Shown here one piece after another: positions 46,182 to 56,552 of a stretch of 64,000 bases of DNA; position 1 is the stretch's first letter; each line of letters begins with the position of its first letter. The notes under the pieces were generated by a model. It had not been told where the DNA came from. It worked only from the letters and a program-made list of their open reading frames with translations, and made no database searches. The translations under genes and the position numbers were made by a program. Source of the stretch: a virus (Duplodnaviria; Caudoviricetes); the IMG/VR virus record IMGVR_UViG_3300020409_001194, positions 1 to 64,000 of that record; one strand, 5' to 3'.

Positions 46182-48533
46182 CTAGTTGACCATTGTGTGA
46201 TACTCAATTGTAATCACATCATCTATAGCGGTGTTTACCGCAAAGTTAATTGTAATGTTAGAACCTGATACCGCAGATGAACTAATATCTACGGTGTGAT
46301 TCACTAAAGCAGTACCTAATCTATTAAAAGATTTTGAATTTAATTGTCTTACACCATTATGAAATACTTTCACATTATCTGCAATCGGTGGTGTGACTGT
46401 ACTTGGTACTACAAATGTAAATGATGAATATGAACCTTCCGAATCATTTACTATATGTTCTTGTGTTATCATTCTAAATGATTCAGCAATATGTTTTGAG
46501 AATATTTGGTCTATATCACTATCATCTCTTATTGCTTGAACAACTCCTCTTGCTGTTCTTTTTTGCAAGTCTGAATCTGAATCAAATGTTTGAATGTAAT
46601 TTTTCTTTAATGTTGCTTTTAAATTTGTACCAGTGACAAGATCATCTGAGTCTAATCTTTGTACTCTATCTAAAATAAGGTTATCAAATCTCACACGTAG
46701 ATCTGAATCTCTACCCATTGAATCAGAATCTGCTGGTACTGAACTCTCAGATATTCTGTTTAGTAGTGAGGTAAATGTTCTTGAAACTAGTTCAGAATCA
46801 GAATCTAGTTTTAGTATTTCTTTTCTTGCTACACTTTGTAGTAGACTGTTCTCAGAATCTTGATTTATTAACTGATTTATAACTATATCAGATAGTCTGT
46901 TTTTAATTAATAGACCATCATCAGAATCTGAGTCTATCACTCTCATTACTATATCATTAGCAATCTTAAGTCTATCTGAGTCTGTGACTGAATTAATTAA
47001 TGCTGTTCTTATGATTCCTAGTTCTGAATCATTACCTTGTAGATATGCGAGTTCAGAATCACCAGTACCATATACAAATTCTCTTAATGGTTTATTAACT
47101 TTTTGTCTATGATTCTTTTCATCACTATCACCGATGTTAACACCATTTCCACCAAGATATCTTACTACTGTTCTTTCTACAAATCTTTTATTAATAGCTT
47201 TGAATTTTCTTGCAAATGATGGATGATACAAGTAATAGTTTGTATGTGTTCTCTTACCACCGCTTGTTGCTCTAGTTCTATAATCGGAATCTTTTAATTC
47301 CATCATAGTGTCTGAATCGACAGCACCAAGTCTGAGTCCCATGAAACCCCAGAAGTTAACATTTCTAGCTATTACATCTGCAATAAAATCTGAATCTTTT
47401 CTTGTAGCTGCAAATACACCAGGTGTGACTTTCTTATCATAACCTAATGAATATCCTTCTGAGTCTGAATCTGTAAGAACTCCTTTACCTTGCAATGAAT
47501 CAATTGTTCCTGCAACACCAGCAAAGCCTTGAAACTCTGAGTCACGTGCAAGGTGACCATAATCCAGATAATCATAGAATAAGTTGAAATGACCTTGATG
47601 TAATGGTTGCGATCTTCTTACAACGGTTTGATATGTTGCACCTAATCTACTAGCAAGTAAGTTTGAACCATAAGTTCTTGTATGACCGGCATTCGTAAAG
47701 TCTGAATCTAGTATAACACCTTCAACAACCGCAGATGCTAGTTTTCTTCTCAAATAATATAGTCTATTTCTAGTTGTATCTGAATCAATTAAATTGTTTG
47801 TGTCTGAGTCGTGTCTTAGTGAACCATAAGAGATGTCTCTGTTAAATGGTAATAGATTTCTTTCAGTAGAACTTGCTGCTCTTCTTAAACCAATGGCATT
47901 TTCTTCAAAGTAATCTAGGAATACTTCAAGAAAATCTGTTGCCGCGGGTAAATCAGAATCATAGTGTGCAGGTAAATTTTTAGCAATAGTTTTATATCCA
48001 TCACTGTCGTTCTTTACAACATTTAATTCACCTTGTAGCCTTCTTAATTCTACCTGATCGTATCTTAAGAAGTTTATAAAGTATGCTTTTAGTAATGTTT
48101 TAAAACTAACAAATTTAGATGATGAGTCAGAGTCTGCCGCAAGTAAAACATGTGGTGCTCCTCTGTAAGTGTTTCCAGCACCATCATCATAGGAAATTGG
48201 TATGCTGTCTATAAATGTTCTGAGTTTTGACCAGTCGGCTTGATTTGGACCGGTACCATTATCAATTGCAGAAGTCTTACTCCAGCCAGATGGCTTTCCA
48301 TAATATTCTACGAGGTGATCGCTGTCTATATTTTGATATATAGTATTAATGACATCTGAATCCATGGTGCGTGCGATAGCGCGAACATAGTGTCTGAGGT
48401 CATCAGATACACGTTTCGAGTCGTGTGCCGTTACGCCACGAGAGTCATATATTTTTGAGATTTTAGCCCATTCAGAACGTAAACCCGTTACGTCGGTTTG
48501 AAATGGTCGTATCTCGGAATCATTTAATGCCAT
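46182..48533 (-). CDS. Large DSD-rich putative virion protein
   Basis: 783 aa, about 30 DS[DE], C-terminal VFHNG domain like those in 44057 ORF. Confidence 0.55.
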   Translation of the reverse strand: MALNDSEIRPFQTDVTGLRSEWAKISKIYDSRGVTAHDSKRVSDDLRHYVRAIARTMDSDVINTIYQNIDSDHLVEYYGKPSGWSKTSAIDNGTGPNQADWSKLRTFIDSIPISYDDGAGNTYRGAPHVLLAADSDSSSKFVSFKTLLKAYFINFLRYDQVELRRLQGELNVVKNDSDGYKTIAKNLPAHYDSDLPAATDFLEVFLDYFEENAIGLRRAASSTERNLLPFNRDISYGSLRHDSDTNNLIDSDTTRNRLYYLRRKLASAVVEGVILDSDFTNAGHTRTYGSNLLASRLGATYQTVVRRSQPLHQGHFNLFYDYLDYGHLARDSEFQGFAGVAGTIDSLQGKGVLTDSDSEGYSLGYDKKVTPGVFAATRKDSDFIADVIARNVNFWGFMGLRLGAVDSDTMMELKDSDYRTRATSGGKRTHTNYYLYHPSFARKFKAINKRFVERTVVRYLGGNGVNIGDSDEKNHRQKVNKPLREFVYGTGDSELAYLQGNDSELGIIRTALINSVTDSDRLKIANDIVMRVIDSDSDDGLLIKNRLSDIVINQLINQDSENSLLQSVARKEILKLDSDSELVSRTFTSLLNRISESSVPADSDSMGRDSDLRVRFDNLILDRVQRLDSDDLVTGTNLKATLKKNYIQTFDSDSDLQKRTARGVVQAIRDDSDIDQIFSKHIAESFRMITQEHIVNDSEGSYSSFTFVVPSTVTPPIADNVKVFHNGVRQLNSKSFNRLGTALVNHTVDISSSAVSGSNITINFAVNTAIDDVITIEYHTMVN

Positions 48534-48589
48534 TGGTCACCAATTATAAAGTATACTTGTTTTATTTATTCTTAGTGAATAAATAATTC

Positions 48590-48997
48590 ATGGCAATACA
48601 ACAGACATTTCAAAGAAAAAGCAAATATAAGGATTTTGATCTGAACTTTACAAAACACCCTCTTACTAATGATCTTGCGGTCAAAAAAGGTGTTGCAGCA
48701 GTAAATCAATCTGTGAAGAATTTAATTCAAACTGCGTTCTATGAGAGACCGTTTCAACCGACACTTGGTTCTCAAGCAAGAAGTCTTTTATTTGAGACTG
48801 CTGATGCTATTACTATATCGAACATGAGAAGAGTTATCAAAGAGGTAATTCAAAATCATGAACCACGAGTACGTATAAAAAATATTGTCATAAGAGATAT
48901 GACAGATTCTAATGCTTATGGCATTGAGTTAAGATATGAAATGAAAGATATAAAAACAGATGAGAACCTAAGCATAGTTCTCGAAAGATTGAGGTAA
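48590..48997 (+). CDS. gp25: Baseplate wedge subunit
   Basis: YKDFDL.F..HP.T.D, AV.QSVKNL..T...ERPF.P..GS, NHEPRV. Confidence 0.92.
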   Translation: MAIQQTFQRKSKYKDFDLNFTKHPLTNDLAVKKGVAAVNQSVKNLIQTAFYERPFQPTLGSQARSLLFETADAITISNMRRVIKEVIQNHEPRVRIKNIVIRDMTDSNAYGIELRYEMKDIKTDENLSIVLERLR

Positions 48998-48999
48998 TA

Positions 49000-50814
49000 A
49001 TGCCAGACGAAAGACCAGTTGTAGCAAATCCTGATTTTGAAGATATAAAACAGGATATAATTTCACATTTTAAAGCAGACGCAACATTTGCAGACTATGA
49101 TTTTAAAGGTTCAGCAATGAACACCATCGTAGATATTCTTGCATATAATACTCATTATAATAATCTAGCGGCAAATTATCTTATAAATGAATCATTCTTA
49201 GACACAGCACTTATGAGAAATAATATTATTTCTATATCTAAGATGTTAAACTACACACCTCGTTCTAAACAAGCCGCAAAAGCAAAGATTACTCTCAGAA
49301 TTCCAAAGATAAACGATACAAATGTTTATACGATTCCATCAGGTAGTTTATTTACCGCTACTGATGGTACAACCACATTTAATTTTTATACACTGAAAAA
49401 CTTTAGTGTTCAATATGATGCTTCAGATGCGAATGGTACTACAAGAGATGTTGAAGTAGAAATATGTGAAGGTGATAAGATCACACAAAGATTTTCTGCA
49501 ACTGCAGATCATACTAGCTTTCCTAGATTTGAATTAGGTAATAAGAATATTGACACTACATCTATAAATGTTTCTGTAAATGGAAGTTTATGGACACCAG
49601 TCACAAATGAAACTCAAGGAACAACTGATGTTTCAAATCTAAGTACAATATATTTTATAGAAGAATCAAGAAACCTATCACATAATATTATGTTTGGTAA
49701 TGGTGTTCTTGGAAAAAAACTAGAAGTTGGAGATGAAATATTAGCTACATACCTCGTCACTAACGGATCAGATGCAAATGGTATCAATTCATTCTCAGTT
49801 GGAATAGCTGGTAGATCTGACATTACAGTAGTCACTACAAAATCTGCCACTGGTGGTGGAGATATGGAAACAATTCAAGAGATAAAAGATAATGCACCAA
49901 ATTGGTTTCAAGCACAGTTTAGAGCTGTGACAGAGAATGATTATAAAGCCATATTAAAAAAGGAGTATGCAGATATTCAAGCCTTAAATGTATATGGTGG
50001 AGAAACTGTAGGTAAACCTGGTAAAGTATTCTTTTCAATCAAGCCAAAATCTGGTGATAAACTAACTGAACAAGCAAAGCTAACAATAACAAGAGATATA
50101 CTTTCTAAATTTAACTTAGTGACTGTCACACCTCAAGTTGTAGACCCACTTATTACAAGAATCATTGCAAAGACAGTTATACAATATGATAATGCTAAAC
50201 TTGCAACAAGCCCAGAAGTATTAGAAGCTAAAGTATTATCATTATACAATATCCTAAACACATCATATATTGGTGATTTCATGGAATCATTCTCAGTATC
50301 AAGATTAATGCAAGAGATTTTAAAACTAGATAAAGCTATTACTGCTGTAAATCCGAGAGTAAATTTAAGATTCAATCTAAATGCAAAAGATGGTTTATTA
50401 GATAATTCATCATTTACATTTAATAATAGACTACACACTGAACCATTTGCTGGTGAAGCATCTGTTGGTGGTGTAATCACATCAAACTTATTTAGAAGAT
50501 CTGGTAGAACAAACTTTTCTAGATTTGTAGATGATGGTAAAGGAGTTATAAGACTTGTAGATGTTATTGAAGGAGAAAATGTAATTGTAAACACCGCCGG
50601 CGGTACAGTAAATTATGAAACAGGTGAGGTAAATATTAGTGACTTTGACCCAGAAGATGGACAGATAGGTATCATAGCGGTACCAGAATCTTTTGATGTT
50701 AATGTTGCTGGTAATTATCTTTTACAAATATCTACAGGAGATTCTACAGTGAGAGCGATAGATAAAGACGACACAGCTTCACTGAACTTATTTAATGTAT
50801 CGAGAGCAAGTTAA
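49000..50814 (+). CDS. gp6: Baseplate wedge subunit
   Basis: DFEDIK, F.DYDF.GS, DILAYNTHY, NESFLD.A..R, YTPRS, FGNGVLGK, Q.RAVT..DY, GKVF.SIKP. Confidence 0.93.
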   Translation: MPDERPVVANPDFEDIKQDIISHFKADATFADYDFKGSAMNTIVDILAYNTHYNNLAANYLINESFLDTALMRNNIISISKMLNYTPRSKQAAKAKITLRIPKINDTNVYTIPSGSLFTATDGTTTFNFYTLKNFSVQYDASDANGTTRDVEVEICEGDKITQRFSATADHTSFPRFELGNKNIDTTSINVSVNGSLWTPVTNETQGTTDVSNLSTIYFIEESRNLSHNIMFGNGVLGKKLEVGDEILATYLVTNGSDANGINSFSVGIAGRSDITVVTTKSATGGGDMETIQEIKDNAPNWFQAQFRAVTENDYKAILKKEYADIQALNVYGGETVGKPGKVFFSIKPKSGDKLTEQAKLTITRDILSKFNLVTVTPQVVDPLITRIIAKTVIQYDNAKLATSPEVLEAKVLSLYNILNTSYIGDFMESFSVSRLMQEILKLDKAITAVNPRVNLRFNLNAKDGLLDNSSFTFNNRLHTEPFAGEASVGGVITSNLFRRSGRTNFSRFVDDGKGVIRLVDVIEGENVIVNTAGGTVNYETGEVNISDFDPEDGQIGIIAVPESFDVNVAGNYLLQISTGDSTVRAIDKDDTASLNLFNVSRAS

Positions 50815-53800
50815 TGGCCAAACACATACTGCCAATAGTCAAGTCGCAGTTGCCGGAGTTCATAAGATCGGAACATCCGCAGTTTCAGCTATTTGTAGAT
50901 GCATACTATGAGTATCTAGAAAAACAATCAGATAGTGATTCCACTTCAGCACTAAATCTTTTTAAGTCAGTACCTAATGCTGGTGATCTTATAAACAATG
51001 CTGAACAATATCGTGATGTACACACAACACTAGATGAATTCAAAGAGTACTTTCAAAGACAACTAACACCATTCGTAATCACTGGTAATAAAGTCACAGA
51101 CGGTATTATCCTTCAAAAAGCAAGAGATGTATACCTATCAAAAGGTTCGCCAAATTCATTTGCACTCTTATTCAGAATGTTATATGGTGAGGAGATTGAT
51201 CTCTTTGAACCAAAGAATCAGATTCTTATTTCTTCTGAATCACTATATACATCTTTTGTACAAATAAAAGCTGAAGTAGTTCAGAACGAATCTAATCTAG
51301 GTGATTTCAATTATGAGTTATCTACAATACGTTTAGATAGTGATACGGTCGATAGTGATGCTTCTACAAATATACTTACTGTATTAGATGGAACATTTAC
51401 TGGTGTCACAAAAAATAATAAGACAGTTCTTACTTTATATCTAACTAAAAATCCTGATTCTGATTTTGGTGGTTTACTTGTACCAAGAAGAGAGGTACTG
51501 TTAAGAGATTCACAAGATCAAACAAAAGAAGTCAGAGTAAGATTATTAAATCACTTGGGAGATGTAAGTCTTACATCTGGTGGTTCTGGATTTAGAGTTG
51601 GTGATAAGTTCTTTGTAAGAGATTCTACTACCACTATACCAGTTCAGGTGACTAAGGTCGGTGCTGGTGAGATTGATAGAGTGATGATAAGAAATAGAGG
51701 AACTAACTATCGTATTGGAGATACTATAGAATTTTTAGATCCTTCATCGGGTGCTGGTGCATTAGCTTTCATCACAGGTGTAGATGAACAAGGATCTGTG
51801 ACACAGATTGATGGTTCAAATGTAAGATTAGGTGTAAACAATACAGGTTATCTTTCAGAAGACTTTGAACCAGTCATTGTACCTATCATTCAAAAAGGAC
51901 AGTATACACATATACCAAAACCATTCATAAGAACAAATACTGGTACTGGTTTGATTGTAAGTGGTTTATCCTCAGAAGTAGGAAGGATATTAGAAGTATC
52001 AACACCACAAACTGGATTCTTTGATTCAGATAGCTTTGGTGTACCAACGCTTGAAAGTCCGATGGGTATTAGAATTACAAATGAAGAAGCAATTGATGTT
52101 GGTAATGTTATTGAGTTTCAGCATTTCACACCAGATTCAGAAGCAGGTTCATTGAGACATGATAGTGAAGTTATAACAATTGACCTGCGTATATTTGACT
52201 CTGACGGTATTACAAATGATAGTGATACTTTATATTGGGCAGGTATGGAAGAATTCGGTTCTAATATTCTATACAGTACTGATAGAAGTCCAAGAGACCA
52301 TTATGCTCCTGGAAGTAGGTCAGATTCTGAAAGTCAGAATAATAATGGTATTTCAAAAGGCGGCCTTAGCTTTGATTCAAATTTTGATGACCTTAAATTT
52401 GAGGGTAGAAGAAATGGTCTGATGAGTACTCAATATGTGAAAGGTGAAGTTCGAGTAGATGGTGATTTATTATTTGGTGATACATATTATGATTATCACT
52501 TTGTAAACTATTCATCAAACAGAAAGTATTTCTTTAAAAGTGGATTAAAATTTAAACCAATTAGAATGCCTATAGCATGGGATTCAGAAAATTACAGATG
52601 GAAAATACGAACTATTAAGTACTATGATTCAGATGGTGATAGTGACTTTATTGAAAGATGGAAAGCTGATTCTGAATTTGATATTCAAGGTATTACACCA
52701 ACATATTATTCATGGGAAAAAGGTCAACCAGGTCCAAATAAATGGGCAAGATGGGTAAGTGCCTGGGCTGCTGTTGATGGACAACAATTACAACAAAGAG
52801 ATTCAGATGGTAGATTTACAACTACAATGGTAGCCTCTTCTGGTGCTGATGATACTTTTACTAACGCAATTACACATACAACAAGAGTTGCTGGTAAACC
52901 TGGACAAAGATATGGATATCCAATAAACAGATTAGATTCTGATGTATATGATTTAGGTCAGTTCTCTAATCAATATAGCACTACATACAATTGGTATGAC
53001 TTACCATTGACACAATATAAAACTGCTGGTATGCACCCATCGGACCCTGAGAGAACGACTCTTCAAGTTGATTCTGATGGTGGTGGACCAAATGGTGTGA
53101 ACTTCTGGTATGACTTCAATCAAAAATTTATGTTGAGTCCATCCAGAGAGATAAAATTTCAAACACAACCAGCATCAAGACATGCGGTACAGGCTTTCCC
53201 AATAACTATCAATGACCCTAGACTTTATAGATTAGATAAGTTTCACATAGATCTACTAAAACAATCTGCAGTAAATGATTCAGAAAATACATTGACATTT
53301 TCATCAGAAGTATTTGTTTCTGCAGATGAAGCAGATTCTGATGGTGCTGGTAAAGGTACATCGAAATCAATTGGTCAATTTGTAAGTACTGGTTATGGTG
53401 GTGTGGTTGCAACTAAATCTGCTGATGGTACGAGCTTTACAATTTCAAAAGCAGATAGTGAGCAGGTTCTTTCGACTAAGAATCTTCCTATGAATTTCCC
53501 ATCTGACAGTGAGATCAGAGAATTTGATAGATTACCACATGCATTATTAAGGATTATAAAAGTAAACCCAGCGGATGGTACAAAGATATCTACTGAAACA
53601 TTTCCAGTTTCAAATGCTGTAGTTCAATATGAAACTCCAGTTTTAAAAACAGGTTTCCCACTTACATCACAAACAGAGAAAACATTCCTTAACGAATCTG
53701 GTTTCTTAAGTTCAATTTCTGGTGGTATATTAAGAGATAACTATACTGTTTCTGAATTCTCATATATTATACAATCAGAACTTGCAATGAATAACTGGAG

Positions 53801-55112
53801 AGGTGCAATTAAAGAAACATTACACCCTGCAGGTTTGTATCTATTTGGTGAGTTAAATGTAGATACAACATCACAAGTAAATGTTTCGGGTCAAGCTTTA
53901 CCACACACAGATATTGGTGCTGAAACATCTGTTTTAACATTTGATGCGGATGATGATTACTTTAATGATAAGTCTACTGAAGGTGTTGCTGTATTTGCTG
54001 ATAGTGTTTCATTTGCATCTAACCCATTCAATGTTGTATCATTAACTAACGATGCTTCTGGAACTTTCCTTACAGCTGACTATACACAAAGAAATATTGA
54101 ATCATCAATACAATCACAAAGAGGAAATGCATTCTTTGATTATGAACCCGTTGGTTTAGTACATAAAGTTTGGACGGTATTCGATTCAGAAGGTCATTAC
54201 AATTATGTAAGAGGTGCAATCGATTCTGATTCAGATCTTAGAGTAAAATTTGGTATGTACTTTACACCACGTAAAGGTGATGGTAAACTCATAATTAAAA
54301 ATAACTTTGATTCAGATTTCTTCAAGAGACCTATCACAACACAAGTTTTTGATAGTGAAATTAAGAGAAGTTCAAGGGTAAATAATAACAAGACACATTA
54401 TGTACCTAGTGAATTTCATTCAGCAAAGAGATATAATAATATAGAGACAATTGGATTATCACAAGTTAAGTATGAAGACTTTGAGTTATTTAGAGTTTAT
54501 GATTCTGAAATACCTAAAGATATTTTCCAAAGATTTGATGCAGCAACAGCCGCAACATTTGAAAAGATAGACTATTCCAGAATAAAGGATAGTGATAATG
54601 ATGTTGATACATTTACGCAAGCACTAGATAGAACTAGAGAAATAAGGATTGATAAGGCAAATGATTTCAATACTGCATTAAAACTCAATCAAGAATTAGT
54701 GTTTGTAGATAATGGTAAAACTTATTATGATTTAGAAGCATTTGAGCAGAAATACAATCAATTCAATAATAGAAGAGACTCTGAATATAATGAAGGTTGG
54801 AGTATACCTGGAAAATTCACAGCATTAGGAAATATAAGACACACTGCACCAGATTCAGAATATGATTCAGATTTAATTGTAAGAGATGAACAAATAAGAC
54901 AAAGATTTGGTATAGAAAAACAAAGAGGATATTCAGATACTAAATCTCCGAGAACCGCTAGAGCTTTTGGTAATTATCTTGGTGGAGAGAACACAATAAT
55001 TGTAAAACCAACTTATCCTGCGGGAGCTGGAATAAATAATACAGCACAACTTTTGGGTACAATATCGGACTCAGATTATAAAGAGAACCTTGAATTTAAG
55101 AGAAAAAATTAA
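50814..55112 (+). CDS. gp7: Baseplate wedge initiator, enlarged and DSD-rich
   Basis: QLPEFI..EHP.F..F..AYYE.LE, Y.SKG..NS..LLFR.LY, FSY.I.S, W...IK..LHPAG..LFGE; about 32 DS[DE]. Confidence 0.75.
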   Translation: MAKHILPIVKSQLPEFIRSEHPQFQLFVDAYYEYLEKQSDSDSTSALNLFKSVPNAGDLINNAEQYRDVHTTLDEFKEYFQRQLTPFVITGNKVTDGIILQKARDVYLSKGSPNSFALLFRMLYGEEIDLFEPKNQILISSESLYTSFVQIKAEVVQNESNLGDFNYELSTIRLDSDTVDSDASTNILTVLDGTFTGVTKNNKTVLTLYLTKNPDSDFGGLLVPRREVLLRDSQDQTKEVRVRLLNHLGDVSLTSGGSGFRVGDKFFVRDSTTTIPVQVTKVGAGEIDRVMIRNRGTNYRIGDTIEFLDPSSGAGALAFITGVDEQGSVTQIDGSNVRLGVNNTGYLSEDFEPVIVPIIQKGQYTHIPKPFIRTNTGTGLIVSGLSSEVGRILEVSTPQTGFFDSDSFGVPTLESPMGIRITNEEAIDVGNVIEFQHFTPDSEAGSLRHDSEVITIDLRIFDSDGITNDSDTLYWAGMEEFGSNILYSTDRSPRDHYAPGSRSDSESQNNNGISKGGLSFDSNFDDLKFEGRRNGLMSTQYVKGEVRVDGDLLFGDTYYDYHFVNYSSNRKYFFKSGLKFKPIRMPIAWDSENYRWKIRTIKYYDSDGDSDFIERWKADSEFDIQGITPTYYSWEKGQPGPNKWARWVSAWAAVDGQQLQQRDSDGRFTTTMVASSGADDTFTNAITHTTRVAGKPGQRYGYPINRLDSDVYDLGQFSNQYSTTYNWYDLPLTQYKTAGMHPSDPERTTLQVDSDGGGPNGVNFWYDFNQKFMLSPSREIKFQTQPASRHAVQAFPITINDPRLYRLDKFHIDLLKQSAVNDSENTLTFSSEVFVSADEADSDGAGKGTSKSIGQFVSTGYGGVVATKSADGTSFTISKADSEQVLSTKNLPMNFPSDSEIREFDRLPHALLRIIKVNPADGTKISTETFPVSNAVVQYETPVLKTGFPLTSQTEKTFLNESGFLSSISGGILRDNYTVSEFSYIIQSELAMNNWRGAIKETLHPAGLYLFGELNVDTTSQVNVSGQALPHTDIGAETSVLTFDADDDYFNDKSTEGVAVFADSVSFASNPFNVVSLTNDASGTFLTADYTQRNIESSIQSQRGNAFFDYEPVGLVHKVWTVFDSEGHYNYVRGAIDSDSDLRVKFGMYFTPRKGDGKLIIKNNFDSDFFKRPITTQVFDSEIKRSSRVNNNKTHYVPSEFHSAKRYNNIETIGLSQVKYEDFELFRVYDSEIPKDIFQRFDAATAATFEKIDYSRIKDSDNDVDTFTQALDRTREIRIDKANDFNTALKLNQELVFVDNGKTYYDLEAFEQKYNQFNNRRDSEYNEGWSIPGKFTALGNIRHTAPDSEYDSDLIVRDEQIRQRFGIEKQRGYSDTKSPRTARAFGNYLGGENTIIVKPTYPAGAGINNTAQLLGTISDSDYKENLEFKRKN

Positions 55113-56524
55113 TGGCAACTGTAGGTAAAGTCACCAACGAATTAAAAACACTTTTATCAAAGTCAACACGTGATGAGATAAGAGATACTTCAAATGATGA
55201 TTCATTCTATGCGTTTATAGCCTATACAGATTCTGAAGACTATCCCTTCAGTGACTCAGACGCTTCTGAGGCTGTAACGGATTCAGATCTAATAGGAGTA
55301 TATAAGAATATGGTCACGATGCACCGAGTGCTGCCTGGTGGTGTTTCTCGAGTGATTAAAAGAAAGAACTGGGTAAGTAATAGAAAATATGTCGGTTGGA
55401 ATACAGATACTTCTAATGATAGTGACTATTATGTTATGTCAACTGAGATTGTACAAGGTGTACCGAGACAAAATGTATATAAGTGTTTGAATGCACCATC
55501 GGCAGTATCATCTACAGTCGCTCCTACAGGTTCATCATCATTACCATTTAAAACATCTGATAATTATTGGTGGCAATATATGTACACGATTACAAATTCA
55601 GATGCTATTTTATTTATGACAAGTGCATTTATGCCTATACCTGAAAGAGTTGATGCTGCGGAAGCAGAGAACGTAACGTCAGGTACAGCGAGATATGATT
55701 TGCTACAAGTTCAAAACAATGCTATTAAGGGTTCTGTATTCAATGTGCGTATTAAACATGGTCCTAATGAAAGACCAGACTCAGATAAACTGAGAGGTTT
55801 TACAAGTAAACTAGTTGTAAATATTAAAGGTAAAGATGGTACTGGTGGTACACCTACACAAGAGTTTAAAGCTACTGCAACAAGAGATAGTGAACAATCC
55901 GCAGTATGGAAATTTGAAGTTCAACAATATGGTATTGGTTATACTGCACTGCCTTATGCAACTGACTCTGAGAATGATTCTGAAATAGGATGTTTCAGAT
56001 TAGATATGGCTCCAGGTCTTGGACATGGTGCTGATCCGGGTGATGAACTACAAGCAAGAGATGTTATGATGACATCACGTGTAATTCCATTAGATAATGG
56101 ATTTAGAGAATTAGCAAAAGGTGAGTTTAGTATGATAGGTCTAATAAAGAATCCTATAGATACAGCCACAAACAGAGTTGCTACACAGAATTATTATACA
56201 GTAGCGAAAAAAATAACATGTGATAACACAGCATTGTTTAAGATAAATGATAACTTCTTTAAACAGGGTGATTCAGATTTTGCTGGTAAAGTTGTAGCAG
56301 TAAGTGGTAAAGATGTTTACTATATCAATACAGGAAAACTAAGAAACAATTTCTCAGATAGTGATAATATTATTTCAACTAACCATAACAATGTAATTAA
56401 GAAGGCGAAGAGTTCTGAAGTTAACTTCAACAGTGGTAAAATGTTAGCTGTTGACTACTTACCGACAGCACTAGAAAGATCTGAAGATCAGATAGAATCA
56501 TTGAACATTATCTTGAAATTGTAA
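55112..56524 (+). CDS. gp8: Baseplate wedge subunit
   Basis: SRVI.R.NW, NVYKCL, S...PTG, D.YWW.YMYTI, F....FMP, GHG.DP..EL, IGLIKNP, R..DQ.E...II; about 10 DS[DE]. Confidence 0.85.
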   Translation: MATVGKVTNELKTLLSKSTRDEIRDTSNDDSFYAFIAYTDSEDYPFSDSDASEAVTDSDLIGVYKNMVTMHRVLPGGVSRVIKRKNWVSNRKYVGWNTDTSNDSDYYVMSTEIVQGVPRQNVYKCLNAPSAVSSTVAPTGSSSLPFKTSDNYWWQYMYTITNSDAILFMTSAFMPIPERVDAAEAENVTSGTARYDLLQVQNNAIKGSVFNVRIKHGPNERPDSDKLRGFTSKLVVNIKGKDGTGGTPTQEFKATATRDSEQSAVWKFEVQQYGIGYTALPYATDSENDSEIGCFRLDMAPGLGHGADPGDELQARDVMMTSRVIPLDNGFRELAKGEFSMIGLIKNPIDTATNRVATQNYYTVAKKITCDNTALFKINDNFFKQGDSDFAGKVVAVSGKDVYYINTGKLRNNFSDSDNIISTNHNNVIKKAKSSEVNFNSGKMLAVDYLPTALERSEDQIESLNIILKL

Positions 56525-56552
56525 TAAATAAAAAGAGAGAGATTTTTAATAT

